Positions 1-9,428 of a stretch of DNA of 64,000 nt are shown here, piece by piece (within the stretch, counting starts at the first letter, position 1; every line of letters starts with the position of its first letter). The stretch covers positions 3,565 through 67,564 of the forward strand of contig CAJMJN010000003.1 of NCBI GenBank assembly GCA_905213875.1. The letters are read 5' to 3'. The DNA comes from an uncultured Clostridium sp. GTDB taxonomy: Bacteria; Bacillota; Clostridia; TANB77; CAG-508. Under the pieces are notes generated by a model, which did no database searches, was not told the origin of the DNA, and saw nothing but the letters and a program-made list of their open reading frames with translations. The position numbers and the translations under genes are program-made.

Positions 1-308
1 CCAAATCTTTCTATTATTCTTTTTGCTATTCTTTCTCCTATTCCTTTTATGTTTCCATTTGCTAAATATTTTTCTAATCCTGCTATTGTTTGTGGCATTA
101 GTTTTTCAAATGTATCTATTTTAAATTGTCTTCCATATTCTTTATGTTCAACAAATTTTCCAATTAATTTTAATGTATCTCCTTCATTTATAAATGGTAA
201 ATAACCTACTATTGTTGTTAATTCTTCATCTGTTTCAAAATCTGCTATAGTATAACTATTTACTTCATTTCTGTATCGTATATCTACTATTTCACCTGTT
301 ATTTCCAT
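1..308 (-). CDS. recD2: RecD2-like SF1B DNA helicase, N-terminal part only (gene runs off the window start)
   Basis: ATG at 306-308 (reverse complement) follows a GGAGAGG RBS. The translation MEITGEIVDIRYRNEVNSYTIADFETDEELTTIVGYLPFINEGDTLKLIGKFVEHKEYGRQFKIDTFEKLMPQTIAGLEKYLANGNIKGIGERIAKRI looks like the OB-fold plus HhH N-terminus of RecD2. It is missing from the ORF track because it is truncated. Confidence 0.55.
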   Translation of the reverse strand, partial: MEITGEIVDIRYRNEVNSYTIADFETDEELTTIVGYLPFINEGDTLKLIGKFVEHKEYGRQFKIDTFEKLMPQTIAGLEKYLANGNIKGIGERIAKRIIERF

Positions 309-411
309 TATGTCCTCTCCTTTACATTTAAGTCAGTTTATCATAAATATATAAATTTTTCAATTTTTCTTTCTAAAATCTAAATAATTGCTATGTTTAA
401 CTTTATCTAAA

Positions 412-762
412 TTATATGTCATCTATATTATCCATAATTTCTTTACATTCTTTCCAACTTAATATTTGTAAACATTCATATTGTTTTTCCATATTTTTTA
501 TTATTTGATTTGTTTTGTCTGTTGATTTTAAGTCTACTATCATTATATTTTTTATATAGTCTTCTTTTCCATATAAAAATTTAAATATTGTCGAACGTAA
601 AAATCCTTCTATTTTTTCTTCTTGATTTTTTACGCCAATAATTAGATATATTCCATCTGATTTAAATCCAGTATATGTATTAATATATATAATATTTTTA
701 ATAATTTCAAATAATCCGTATATTGCTAATATCCACAATATAGCATTCACTACATATTCCAT
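412..762 (-). CDS. small membrane-anchored hypothetical protein
   Basis: ORF 412..801. The start was moved to MEYVV (ATG 760-762), which is preceded by an AGGAGG RBS. It has one N-terminal TM helix (AILWILAIYGLFEII). No family was recognised. Confidence 0.4.
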   Translation of the reverse strand: MEYVVNAILWILAIYGLFEIIKNIIYINTYTGFKSDGIYLIIGVKNQEEKIEGFLRSTIFKFLYGKEDYIKNIMIVDLKSTDKTNQIIKNMEKQYECLQILSWKECKEIMDNIDDI

Positions 763-844
763 CTTTATGCCTCCTGTAGCATTATATGAAATATATAACA
801 AAATAGTTACTCTTATATTTTTTACACTATATAAAAAATATTTT

Positions 845-900
845 CAAAGCAAAAATAAAAAGGTTTATAACAATTATTTAGAATAATTTATTACATACCT
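845..900 (-). terminator. rho-independent terminator after rplQ
   Basis: Imperfect hairpin at 861-900, followed on the minus strand by a T-run. Its non-Watson-Crick positions become G.U pairs only on the minus strand, which fits a sense terminator. Confidence 0.6.
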
Positions 901-947
901 TTCTATTTATATTATTTTATATTAAATTTTAAATATTACTTTATTAA

Positions 948-1475
948 TTAGATTAATTGTAATATTGCAACTTCTGCTCCGTCTCCTCTTCTTGGACCAG
1001 CTTTAACTATACGTGTATATCCACCTACGTTTTTACCAGCATATTTTGGAGCTATTTCGTTGAATAATTTTGATGTTAAATCAACATTGTTTCCTTCGCT
1101 ATCTTTTACTTTATTGATTTTTTTCATCATTTTTCTTCTAGCATTTAATCTTGATGGCATATCTTTTTGTCTTTTTTCAGTAGTTTCTTCTTTCACTACT
1201 CTTAGATATTCTTTACCATTTTTGCTTTTTACTAATTCTGTTTCTTTGTTACCTTTTGCATCTAATTTTGCTTTTACTACTTTTACATCAACTGTTTCAA
1301 AGTTATCTTTTTCTTTTATTGCTAAAGAAATTAAGCTATCAGCTATTGATTTTACTTCTTTTGCTCTTGGTAAAGTAGTTTCTATTTTTCCGTGCATAAT
1401 AAGGTCTGTTGTTAATGTTTTTAGCATTGCCATTCTAATATCTGTAGTTCTTCCTAATTTTCTATTAGTAGCCAC
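948..1475 (-). CDS. rplQ: 50S ribosomal protein L17 (bL17) with an internal insertion of about 55 aa
   Basis: The N-terminus MATNRKLGRTTDIRMAMLKTLTTDL and C-terminus GGYTRIVKAGPRRGDGAEVAILQLI are canonical bL17. The protein is 175 aa against a usual 113-127 aa. Confidence 0.92.
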   Translation of the reverse strand: MATNRKLGRTTDIRMAMLKTLTTDLIMHGKIETTLPRAKEVKSIADSLISLAIKEKDNFETVDVKVVKAKLDAKGNKETELVKSKNGKEYLRVVKEETTEKRQKDMPSRLNARRKMMKKINKVKDSEGNNVDLTSKLFNEIAPKYAGKNVGGYTRIVKAGPRRGDGAEVAILQLI

Positions 1476-1499
1476 TTTTATTCACCTTACCTTCCTAAT

Positions 1500-2447
1500 T
1501 TATTCATCTTCTTTTGCAAAATCTAATCCTAATGAATGTAATTTTGCAATAACTTCTTCTAATGATTTTTTACCAAGGTTTCTAACCTTCATCATTTCTG
1601 CATCTGTTTTGTTTGTTAAATCTTCAACTGTTGATATTCCAGCTCTTTTCAAACAATTGAATGATCTTACAGATAATTCTAATTCTTCTATTGTCATTTC
1701 AAGAACTTTTTCTTTTTTAGATTCTTCTTTTTCAATCATAACTTGTGTATTTTTTGTTGCTTCAGATAAATCTATAAATAATTCTAAATGTCCTGTCATG
1801 ACTTTAGCTGCTAAACTTAAAGCTTCATGTGCTTTTAAGCTTCCATCTGTCCAAACTTCGATTACTAGTTTATCATAATCTACCATTTGACCAACTCTTG
1901 TATTCTCTACTTGATAATTTACTTTTTTAACTGGTGTATAAATTGAGTCTATTGGAAGTACAGAGATATCTTGATTTGGTTTTTTATTCTTTTCTGAAGA
2001 ATTATAACCTCTTCCTCTATCTGCAGTCATTTCCATTCTTAAGTTTCCACCTTCAGCTATTGTTGCTATATGTAAATCTGGATTTAATATTTCAACTGTT
2101 CCATCTGTAATAATATCTCCAGCTAATACTTCACCTTCACCTTTAGCTTCTATTCTTAAAACTTTTTCTTCATCACCGTCAAATTTTAATCTTATGTTTT
2201 TTAAGTTAACAATTAATTCTGGAACATCTTCAACAACATTGTCAATTGCTGAAAATTCATGTAATACTCCATCTATTTTTACACTTGTTATAGCACAACC
2301 TGGAAGTGATGATAACAAAATTCTTCTTAATGAGTTACCTATTGTTACCCCATAACCTCTTTCTAATGGTTCACATACAAATTTTGCATAATTGTTTGCA
2401 TCATCTACTTCTAGACATTCAATATTTGGCTTTTCAAATTCTATCAT
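1500..2447 (-). CDS. rpoA: DNA-directed RNA polymerase alpha subunit
   Basis: 315 aa. The NTD shows [14 protein letters not shown] and the CTD shows [17 protein letters not shown]. It sits in the conserved position between rpsD and rplQ. Confidence 0.96.
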   Translation of the reverse strand: MIEFEKPNIECLEVDDANNYAKFVCEPLERGYGVTIGNSLRRILLSSLPGCAITSVKIDGVLHEFSAIDNVVEDVPELIVNLKNIRLKFDGDEEKVLRIEAKGEGEVLAGDIITDGTVEILNPDLHIATIAEGGNLRMEMTADRGRGYNSSEKNKKPNQDISVLPIDSIYTPVKKVNYQVENTRVGQMVDYDKLVIEVWTDGSLKAHEALSLAAKVMTGHLELFIDLSEATKNTQVMIEKEESKKEKVLEMTIEELELSVRSFNCLKRAGISTVEDLTNKTDAEMMKVRNLGKKSLEEVIAKLHSLGLDFAKEDE

Positions 2448-2551
2448 TTTTACCTCCTAATATTCGAGACTACATCTCAAACTTTTTAAAACCTTGTTTA
2501 AGTTTTTTTCAAGTAAAAGTTTAAAAGTTTTTATAAAATAACTTTTAATTA

Positions 2552-3178
2552 TTATTTTGAGTAAAGCTCTACTATTAAATGTTCTTCGATTGGAATTTCA
2601 ATATCTTCTCTAGATGCTAGTTTAATTACTTTACCACTTAATTTTTCTGTATCTCTTTCAAGCCAAGCTGGTACTGGTCTTTTAGCTGATTCTTCAATAT
2701 TAGCCTTTAATGTAGCATTATCTTTTTTACTTTCTCTAACTGTAATAACATCTCCAGCTTTTACTAGGTAAGATGGTATATTAACCTTCTTTCCATTTAC
2801 TTCGAATTGTGCATGGTTTACAAGTTGTCTAGCTTGTGCTCTTGATGCACCAAATCCTAATCTGTATACTACATTGTCTAATCTGCTTTCTAATATTTGT
2901 AATAAAGCTTCACCTGTTACACCTTTTTGGTTTGAAGCCATTTCAAAATATTTTCTAAATTGTTTTTCTCCAACTCCATAGTATGTTTTTGTTTTTTGTT
3001 TTTCTCTTAATTGTGTTCCGTATTCAGAAAGTTTTGCTCTTTTTTGTCCATGATCACCTGGTGCATAGTTTCTTCTTGAAATACTACATTTGTCAGAATA
3101 ACATCTGTCACCTTTTAAGAACAATTTTTGTCCTTCTCTACGGCATCTACGGCATTGTTCATCTATATATCTTGCCAT
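2552..3178 (-). CDS. rpsD: 30S ribosomal protein S4
   Basis: 208 aa. It has the [27 protein letters not shown]-terminus and an S4 RNA-binding domain. Confidence 0.96.
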   Translation of the reverse strand: MARYIDEQCRRCRREGQKLFLKGDRCYSDKCSISRRNYAPGDHGQKRAKLSEYGTQLREKQKTKTYYGVGEKQFRKYFEMASNQKGVTGEALLQILESRLDNVVYRLGFGASRAQARQLVNHAQFEVNGKKVNIPSYLVKAGDVITVRESKKDNATLKANIEESAKRPVPAWLERDTEKLSGKVIKLASREDIEIPIEEHLIVELYSK

Positions 3179-3208
3179 TTCTATACTCCTTTCACTTATT
3201 TACTAATT

Positions 3209-3604
3209 CTATACTCTTCTTCTTTTTGGTGGTCTACAACCATTATGAGGTATTGGTGTTACATCTTTGATTGCACTTATTTCTAATCCAGCTGTTTGTA
3301 ATGAACGAATTGCTGCTTCTCTTCCTGAACCTGGTCCTTTAACAAATACTTCTACTGATTTTAAACCATGTTCCATAGCAATTTTAGCTGCTGTTTCTGC
3401 AACTTGACCAGCTGCGAATGGTGTGCTTTTTCTTGAACCTTTGTAACCTAATTCTCCGGCACTTCCCCATGATATTGTATTTCCTTGTGTATCTGTAATT
3501 GTAACTATTGTATTGTTAAAACTAGAATGAATATGAGCTGCACCTTTTTCGATGTTTTTTCTATTTCTTCTAGCTACTTTTTTTGTTGTTACATTTTTAG
3601 CCAT
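3209..3604 (-). CDS. rpsK: 30S ribosomal protein S11
   Basis: 131 aa. Motifs [13 protein letters not shown] and [13 protein letters not shown] are present. Confidence 0.96.
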   Translation of the reverse strand: MAKNVTTKKVARRNRKNIEKGAAHIHSSFNNTIVTITDTQGNTISWGSAGELGYKGSRKSTPFAAGQVAETAAKIAMEHGLKSVEVFVKGPGSGREAAIRSLQTAGLEISAIKDVTPIPHNGCRPPKRRRV

Positions 3605-3673
3605 TTCGCATTTTCCTCCTTATTCAAATTTATTTTGAATTATACTCGATTTATTTTTTATATCAATCACTTT

Positions 3674-3799
3674 AAAATTAATTTAAATTAGTAAGATGTG
3701 CTTTTTTATTTATATTATTCTAGCTGAAGGTGTACGTTTGTACATCGAAGCGTAAATAATTAAATAAAAAAGTGCAGATTGCTGATTTAAATTGATTTT
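3674..3799 (+). repeat. long imperfect hairpin, GTAC-core family, copy 1 (rpsM-rpsK spacer)
   Basis: The arms AAAATTAATTTAAATTAGTAAGATGTGC... and ...GTGCAGATTGCTGATTTAAATTGATTTT flank the apex GAAGGTGTAC-GTTT-GTACATCGAAG. It ends 2 nt from the rpsM stop codon. Confidence 0.7.
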
Positions 3800-3801
3800 A
3801 T

Positions 3802-4170
3802 TTATTTTTTACTTCTACTAACTAACTTCCTAGGACCTTTTCTAGTTCTAGCATTAGTTTTAGTTCTTTGACCTCTAACTGGAAGACCTCTTCTATGTCT
3901 TAATCCTCTGTAGCATCCAATTTCTGTTAATCTTTTAATATTTAATGCTACTTCTCTTCTTAAGTCACCTTCAACAACATAAGATTCGTCTATTGCTTTT
4001 CTTATATCATTTACTTGATCATCTGTTAAGTCTTTTACTCTTATATCTGGATTAACTCCTGCTTTTTCTAGGATTTTTCTTGAGCTTGACACTCCTATTC
4101 CATAAATATAAGTAAGTCCTATTTCTACTCTTTTTTCTTTAGGTAAATCTACTCCTGCTATACGAGCCAT
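3802..4170 (-). CDS. rpsM: 30S ribosomal protein S13
   Basis: [14 protein letters not shown]... The start was moved to ATG 4168-4170, which follows a GGAGGTG RBS. The ORF-track start at 4188 adds 6 unsupported residues. Confidence 0.95.
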   Translation of the reverse strand: MARIAGVDLPKEKRVEIGLTYIYGIGVSSSRKILEKAGVNPDIRVKDLTDDQVNDIRKAIDESYVVEGDLRREVALNIKRLTEIGCYRGLRHRRGLPVRGQRTKTNARTRKGPRKLVSRSKK

Positions 4171-4364
4171 ATTTTTTTGCACCTCCAAAATTTTTTGTTT
4201 TGTTTTTGTTTGTCCTAAAAGAGCTTAAAAAGTGAAATGTACTAGCGTTTACTCTAGTCAGTTTAAGATTTTAGAACATATATATAAACACAAACTAGAT
4301 AAATGTAACCTAAACTGTTTCAGGTTCACAGCCGCTACCTCATTTGTGTTGTTAACTATAAGGA

Positions 4365-4478
4365 TTATCCTTGTCTTTGTTTGTGTTTAGGGTTTTCGCA
4401 AATTACTCTTATAACCCCTTTTCTTTTTATAACTTTGCATTTGTCACACATTGGTTTTACTGATGGTCTTACTTTCAT
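4365..4478 (-). CDS. rpmJ: 50S ribosomal protein L36 (zinc-binding form)
   Basis: Below the ORF-track size cutoff. The reverse complement translates as [37 protein letters not shown] (37 aa). An AGGAGGTG RBS lies upstream. Confidence 0.92.
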   Translation of the reverse strand: MKVRPSVKPMCDKCKVIKRKGVIRVICENPKHKQRQG

Positions 4479-4534
4479 CTTATTAGCACCTCCTTGGCTT
4501 GCTTTAAATTTATATTTTTGGGTTAATTTCTATC

Positions 4535-4753
4535 TTATTTAGCTCTCCATGTAATTCTTCCTCTTGTTAAATCATATGGTGAAAGTTCTACTTTTACTTT
4601 GTCTCCTGGTAATATTTTTATATAGTTCATTCTTAATTTACCAGAAATATGAGCTAATATTTGATGTCCATTCTTTAGTTCTACTTTAAAAACTGTGTTA
4701 GGTAATGCTTCTACTACAGTACCTTCTACTTCAATTACATCTTCTTTTGCCAA
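4535..4753 (-). CDS. infA: translation initiation factor IF-1
   Basis: 72 aa, [30 protein letters not shown]..., an S1-like fold. Confidence 0.96.
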   Translation of the reverse strand: MAKEDVIEVEGTVVEALPNTVFKVELKNGHQILAHISGKLRMNYIKILPGDKVKVELSPYDLTRGRITWRAK

Positions 4754-4840
4754 CTTTTTCCCCTCCTATTAATTAAAGAGTTTTTACATTTTTATGCAAA
4801 ATTGGGCTATTGTGCATAATAACTATTTCATTATACAAAA

Positions 4841-5614
4841 TTATTTTAGAATTGTCAATATCTCTGGCTCTTTTTCTGTAATTAAAATTGTATTTTCATA
4901 ATGAGCTGCTAAACTTCCATCTTCTGTTATAATTGTCCATCCATCTTCTAATTCCAAAATATTAGGTTTTCCTTGGATTACCATAGGTTCTATGGCTAAT
5001 GTCATTCCTGGTTCTAATCTTATTCCTCTTCCTGCTTTTCCATAGTTTGGTATTCCTGGATCTTCATGCATTTGTCTTCCTATTCCGTGTCCTTGGAATT
5101 CTCTTACTACAGAGTAACCTTGTGAACGCACATATTCACCAATTGCATGACATACATCACCAATTCTATAACCTGGTTTCGCATATTTTATCCCTTCATA
5201 AAATGCTTGTTTTGTTACTTCTACTAATCTTTTTGCATCTTTTGATACATTTCCTATCATGAATGTTCTTGCTGCATCGCCATTAAATCCATTTTTTAGT
5301 GCTACTGTGTCAATGCTTACAATATCACCTTCTTTTATGTATTTGTGTTTTGAAGGTATTCCGTGTATAACCTCATCATTTATAGATATACATATTGATG
5401 CTGGGTATGGTGGCACTCCTCTCATTCCTGATGGATATCCTTTTTCTGCAGGCAATGCTCCTTCTCTTCTTATTATTTTTTCTGCTAATTGATCAACTTC
5501 CCATGTTGACATTCCTGGTTTTATTTTTTTTTCTAATTCCTCATACATTATAGCAACTACTCTGCAAGCTTCTTTCATGTATTCTATTTCTTTTTTAGAT
5601 TTAATTGTTACCAA
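4841..5614 (-). CDS. map: type I methionine aminopeptidase
   Basis: 257 aa with metal-ligand motifs (DIVSIDT.., GHGIG.., EP.., the E of the HYENT region). It sits in the conserved adk-map-infA position. Confidence 0.95.
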   Translation of the reverse strand: MVTIKSKKEIEYMKEACRVVAIMYEELEKKIKPGMSTWEVDQLAEKIIRREGALPAEKGYPSGMRGVPPYPASICISINDEVIHGIPSKHKYIKEGDIVSIDTVALKNGFNGDAARTFMIGNVSKDAKRLVEVTKQAFYEGIKYAKPGYRIGDVCHAIGEYVRSQGYSVVREFQGHGIGRQMHEDPGIPNYGKAGRGIRLEPGMTLAIEPMVIQGKPNILELEDGWTIITEDGSLAAHYENTILITEKEPEILTILK

Positions 5615-5626
5615 TTATATCATCTC

Positions 5627-6295
5627 CTAAAAATTTTCTTTTATATATTTTACTACATCTTCTGCTACATCTTTTCCTAATTTATTTACTGATTTACTTA
5701 CAAGTGCAGAATATATTTTTTCTTGTTTTTCATAATAATCTACTACTGGACTTGTTTGTTCCATATAACTTGAAAGTCTGGCTTTTACTGTTTCTGGTGT
5801 ATCATCTTTTCTTTGAATTAATTCTGATCCACACTTGTCACAAATTCCGTCTACTTTTGGTGGGTTTAATAATACATTATAAACTGTTTTACATTCTTGG
5901 TTTGAACATACTCTTCTGTTTACTATTCTTTCTATTATTTCTTCTTCAGGTGTTGTTAAATTAATAACTATATCTACCTTTTTTCCTTCTTTTTCTAATA
6001 TTTTATCTAGTCTTTCTGCTTGATATACTGTTCTTGGGAATCCATCTAATATTATTCCATTTTCAACATCTTTTTGTTTTAATCTTTCTTCTACTATTTC
6101 TATTGTAACATCATCTGGTACCAATTGACCTTTTGATATATATTTTTCTGCTAATTTTCCTAATTCGTTTCCTTCTTTAATATTTTTTCTAAAGATATCA
6201 CCTGTTGATACTTGTGGTATCCCTAATTTTTCTGTTAATATGCTAGCTATTGTACCTTTTCCTGTTCCAGGTGCACCTAACATTATTATAACCAT
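5627..6295 (-). CDS. adk: adenylate kinase (zinc-lid type)
   Basis: P-loop GAPGTGKGT. The lid has CSNQEC...CDKCG cysteines. Confidence 0.95.
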   Translation of the reverse strand: MVIIMLGAPGTGKGTIASILTEKLGIPQVSTGDIFRKNIKEGNELGKLAEKYISKGQLVPDDVTIEIVEERLKQKDVENGIILDGFPRTVYQAERLDKILEKEGKKVDIVINLTTPEEEIIERIVNRRVCSNQECKTVYNVLLNPPKVDGICDKCGSELIQRKDDTPETVKARLSSYMEQTSPVVDYYEKQEKIYSALVSKSVNKLGKDVAEDVVKYIKENF

Positions 6296-6440
6296 TAATA
6301 AACACTTCCTCTACTTTTGTTTTAGGCTATTTTAATAACCTTTACCATATCCACCAATTAACTAATGGACATGCGAAAAATTATTAAACAAAGATACAGG
6401 GACGTTTATATCTTAAAAAAAGCGACGTCCCTTAATTATC

Positions 6441-7760
6441 CTATTCCAAGAATCCTTTATAGTGTCTCATCGCTAAGAAAGATTCTAATTGTTGTACTGC
6501 TTCTAGTGCTACACCTACAACGATTAATATTGATGTACCTCCAAATGCAATATTTAATCCTGTAAATCTTAGTAACATTGGTAGTATGGCAATTACTGCC
6601 AAGAATAATCCACCAAACCATGTTATTTTTGATATTACTGATGATAAGTATTCAGTTGTTGGTTTTCCAGCTCTAATTCCTGGAATAAATCCACCATTTT
6701 TCTTAATGTTACTAGATATTTCTGCTGGGTTAAATGTAGCAAATGTATAGAAGAATGAAAATCCTACTATTAATAATAAATATACAATTGCATTTGCTAA
6801 TGAATACCCCCAACCAACATTTGATGTTGATGTTGCAATAGAAAATTTATATAATCCTGCTAAAAAGCCTGTTTGGTTTGCTATATCAGATACAAATATT
6901 TGTATAATCATAGCTGGGAATGTCATAAATGATGATGCAAAAATTATAGGCATAACTCCTGACATTGCTAATTTTAATGGGATATGTGTATTTTGTGCAC
7001 CCATCATTTTTCTTCCTACTACTTTTTTAGAATATTGTACAGGAATTCTTCTTTCTGCTTGTTGTACAAAAACAACTCCTGTTATTAATATAATAGCTCC
7101 AATTAAAATTCCTATAGCTATTAATAATCCTGTTGTACTAAATCCTGTACTTGGCATTATTAATCCCCATAATGTTGTAATTAATGATGGAAATCCTGCT
7201 ACTATACCTACAAATATCAATAATGATATTCCATTTCCAATACCTTTACTTGTTATTTCTTCTCCTAACCACATTAATATTGATGTACCAGTCATTAATC
7301 CTAATACAACTAGTACTCCTGTTAGGAAACTATCATTTACAAATATTCCTGATGATTTATATGATAAGTAAATTCCTACACCTTCTATAAAAGCTAATAA
7401 TACTGTTAACATTTTAGTATATTTATTTACTTTCTTTCTACCTTCTTCTCCGCCTTCTTTAGTTAATCTTTCTAAAGATGGAATAATTAAAGCTAATAAT
7501 TGAATTACTATTGAAGCTGTAATATATGGGCTAATTGACATAGCAAAAACTGAAAATCTAGAAAAAGCTCCTCCAGAAATCATATCAATTAATCCAGCAA
7601 TTCCATTTGTATTTGACATTGCTTCATTTAATGCTACACTATTTACTCCTGGTACTGTAATGTAACATCCAAATCTAAATACAACAATTAATAATAATGT
7701 ATATAGTAATCTTTTTCTAACATCAGGTGTCGAAATAGCATTTTTGATTGTTTTAAACAA
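6441..7760 (-). CDS. secY: preprotein translocase subunit SecY
   Basis: 439 aa, polytopic, with a conserved N-terminus (..RKRLLYTLLLIVVFRFG..). It sits in the rplO-secY-adk position. Confidence 0.96.
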   Translation of the reverse strand: MFKTIKNAISTPDVRKRLLYTLLLIVVFRFGCYITVPGVNSVALNEAMSNTNGIAGLIDMISGGAFSRFSVFAMSISPYITASIVIQLLALIIPSLERLTKEGGEEGRKKVNKYTKMLTVLLAFIEGVGIYLSYKSSGIFVNDSFLTGVLVVLGLMTGTSILMWLGEEITSKGIGNGISLLIFVGIVAGFPSLITTLWGLIMPSTGFSTTGLLIAIGILIGAIILITGVVFVQQAERRIPVQYSKKVVGRKMMGAQNTHIPLKLAMSGVMPIIFASSFMTFPAMIIQIFVSDIANQTGFLAGLYKFSIATSTSNVGWGYSLANAIVYLLLIVGFSFFYTFATFNPAEISSNIKKNGGFIPGIRAGKPTTEYLSSVISKITWFGGLFLAVIAILPMLLRFTGLNIAFGGTSILIVVGVALEAVQQLESFLAMRHYKGFLE

Positions 7761-8195
7761 TTAAATCACCTCTGCCTTTCCGCCTAAAGCTTCGATTTCT
7801 TCTTTTGCTTTCGCTGTGAATCTTGTAGCTTTTACGTTTAATTTTTTCTCTAATTTTCCTGTTGCTAAAATAACGATACCATCATTAACTTTTCCAATAA
7901 TTCCTTCTGCTAATAAACTTTCAGCAGTAACATCTGTATTTTGTACTTTATTTAACATTTTTAATGTTACTTCTGTGTAAGTTTTTGCATGAATATTAGT
8001 AAATCCTCTTTTTGGTAATCTTCTATATAATGGAGTTTGACCACCTTCAAATCCACGTCTTACTCCTCCGCCGCTTCTTGATTTTTGTCCTTTTTGTCCT
8101 CTACCTGAAGTTTTTCCATTTCCAGAACCAATTCCACGACCTACTCTATTTCTGTTTACTTTTTTTACAGCTGGTTTTAAATCATCTAATTTCAT
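7761..8195 (-). CDS. rplO: 50S ribosomal protein L15
   Basis: 144 aa, Gly/Arg-rich N-terminus [22 protein letters not shown]. Confidence 0.95.
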   Translation of the reverse strand: MKLDDLKPAVKKVNRNRVGRGIGSGNGKTSGRGQKGQKSRSGGGVRRGFEGGQTPLYRRLPKRGFTNIHAKTYTEVTLKMLNKVQNTDVTAESLLAEGIIGKVNDGIVILATGKLEKKLNVKATRFTAKAKEEIEALGGKAEVI

Positions 8196-8238
8196 TTCTG
8201 GTTTGCACCTCCTTTTTTCGCTTAAGTTTTATATTTAA

Positions 8239-8721
8239 TTATAAAATTTCTTCTACTTTTTTACCTCTTTTTTTAGCTACTTGTTCTGCAGTTTGCATTG
8301 ATTTTAATCCTTCTAATGTAGCATAAACAACGTTTCTTGGATTGTTTGTACCAATAACTTTTGTTCTTACGTTTTGATATCCTGCTAATTCTAGAACTGG
8401 TCTTACACTACCTCCAGTGATAAGTCCTGTACCTAATTCAGCTGGTTTTAATAAAACTTTGGCACTTCCAAATTTTCCAACAAATTCATGAGGTACTGTT
8501 GTTTCAACAATTGGTACTTCAACTAAGTTTTTCTTAGCTTCTTGGATAGCTTTTCTTATAGCATCTGGAACTTCTGATGCTTTACCATTTCCAACACCTA
8601 CATGACCATTTCCGTCACCAACAACTACTACGGCACTAAATCTAAAAGTTCTACCACCTTTAACAACTTTGGCAACTCTGTTTATTGCAACAACTTTTTC
8701 TTTTAACTCTTTTTCTTCCAT
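8239..8721 (-). CDS. rpsE: 30S ribosomal protein S5
   Basis: 160 aa, [36 protein letters not shown]. Confidence 0.96.
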   Translation of the reverse strand: MEEKELKEKVVAINRVAKVVKGGRTFRFSAVVVVGDGNGHVGVGNGKASEVPDAIRKAIQEAKKNLVEVPIVETTVPHEFVGKFGSAKVLLKPAELGTGLITGGSVRPVLELAGYQNVRTKVIGTNNPRNVVYATLEGLKSMQTAEQVAKKRGKKVEEIL

Positions 8722-8751
8722 AGGTTTTAGTTTTCCTCCTTCTTTAATCTA

Positions 8752-9111
8752 CTAAAATTTAAGTCCGCCTTCTCTTGCAGATTCTGCTAATTCTTTAACT
8801 ACACCATGATAGATATATCCTCCACGGTCAAAAACTACTGTTTCTATTTTTTTGTCAGCTGCTTTTTTAGCTATTAATGTACCTAATTCTTTAGCTGCTT
8901 CTTTATTAGCATGTTTTGTTTTGATTTCTTTATCTAATGTAGAAGCAGATACTAATGTTTTACCAGCAACGTCGTCAATAACTTGTACATATAAGTTTGC
9001 GTTACTTCTGTAGATACATAGTCTTGGTCTTTCAGCTGTTCCGGAAATTTTTGTTCTAACTCTTATATGTCTTCTTGTTCTTTCCATTTTTCTATCTGTT
9101 TTCTTAACCAT
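8752..9111 (-). CDS. rplR: 50S ribosomal protein L18
   Basis: 119 aa, [20 protein letters not shown] ... [26 protein letters not shown]. Confidence 0.96.
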   Translation of the reverse strand: MVKKTDRKMERTRRHIRVRTKISGTAERPRLCIYRSNANLYVQVIDDVAGKTLVSASTLDKEIKTKHANKEAAKELGTLIAKKAADKKIETVVFDRGGYIYHGVVKELAESAREGGLKF

Positions 9112-9150
9112 TTTTATTCTCCTTTCTCTAAATTCGAATTTCTAGACTTC

Positions 9151-9183
9151 AAAATTAATTATAAACGAGTATAACTAGGCAAC
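9151..9183. repeat. 33-bp direct repeat, copy 1 (AAAATTAATTATAAACGAGTATAACTAGGCAAC)
   Basis: Repeated at 9308-9340 with one mismatch. The two copies bracket hairpin copy 2. Confidence 0.85.
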
Positions 9184-9189
9184 TCACCT

Positions 9190-9313
9190 AATTTTAATTT
9201 AGTTCTGCATATTGTGCATTTTAATGAATTAATCAAGACGAAGGTGTACGTTGGTACATCGAGGTTTGATTAATGAAATTAAAATGTGCAAATATAAACC
9301 AAATTCTAAAATT
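9190..9313 (+). repeat. long imperfect hairpin, GTAC-core family, copy 2 (rplR-rplF spacer)
   Basis: The apex is GAAGGTGTAC-GTTG-GTACATCGAGG (9240-9264). The arms include TGTGCATTTTAATGAATTAATCAA paired with TTGATTAATGAAATTAAAATGTGCA. Confidence 0.7.
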
Positions 9314-9340
9314 AATTATAAACAAGTATAACTAGGCAAC
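9308..9340. repeat. 33-bp direct repeat, copy 2
   Basis: AAAATTAATTATAAACAAGTATAACTAGGCAAC matches 9151-9183 at 32 of 33 positions. Confidence 0.85.
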
Positions 9341-9396
9341 CAAATTCAAAATTTTTGAAGCGTACTGGTGTACGTTGATAAAATTTTGAATGCAGG
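9340..9396 (+). repeat. short diverged hairpin of the GTAC-core family, copy 2b
   Basis: CAAATTCAAAATTTT-TGAAGCGTAC-TGGT-GTACGTTGAT-AAAATTTTGAATG. The apical stem carries two compensatory pair changes relative to the other copies and keeps the G.U. Confidence 0.55.
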
Positions 9397-9428
9397 TTAA
9401 CGACGTTAGACGAAGTTTAGAATTAATT

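Noticed and set aside
1060-1878. Long plus-strand ORFs lying antisense to r-protein and other genes (for example 1060..1878, 11212..11511, 12645..12938, 15408..15752, 15776..16219, 16453..16734, 45424..45996, 58406..58954).
   Set aside because: Each lies entirely within a well-supported gene on the opposite strand. They encode low-complexity Phe/Leu/Ile/Ser-rich sequence and lack an RBS. They are shadow ORFs typical of AT-rich DNA.
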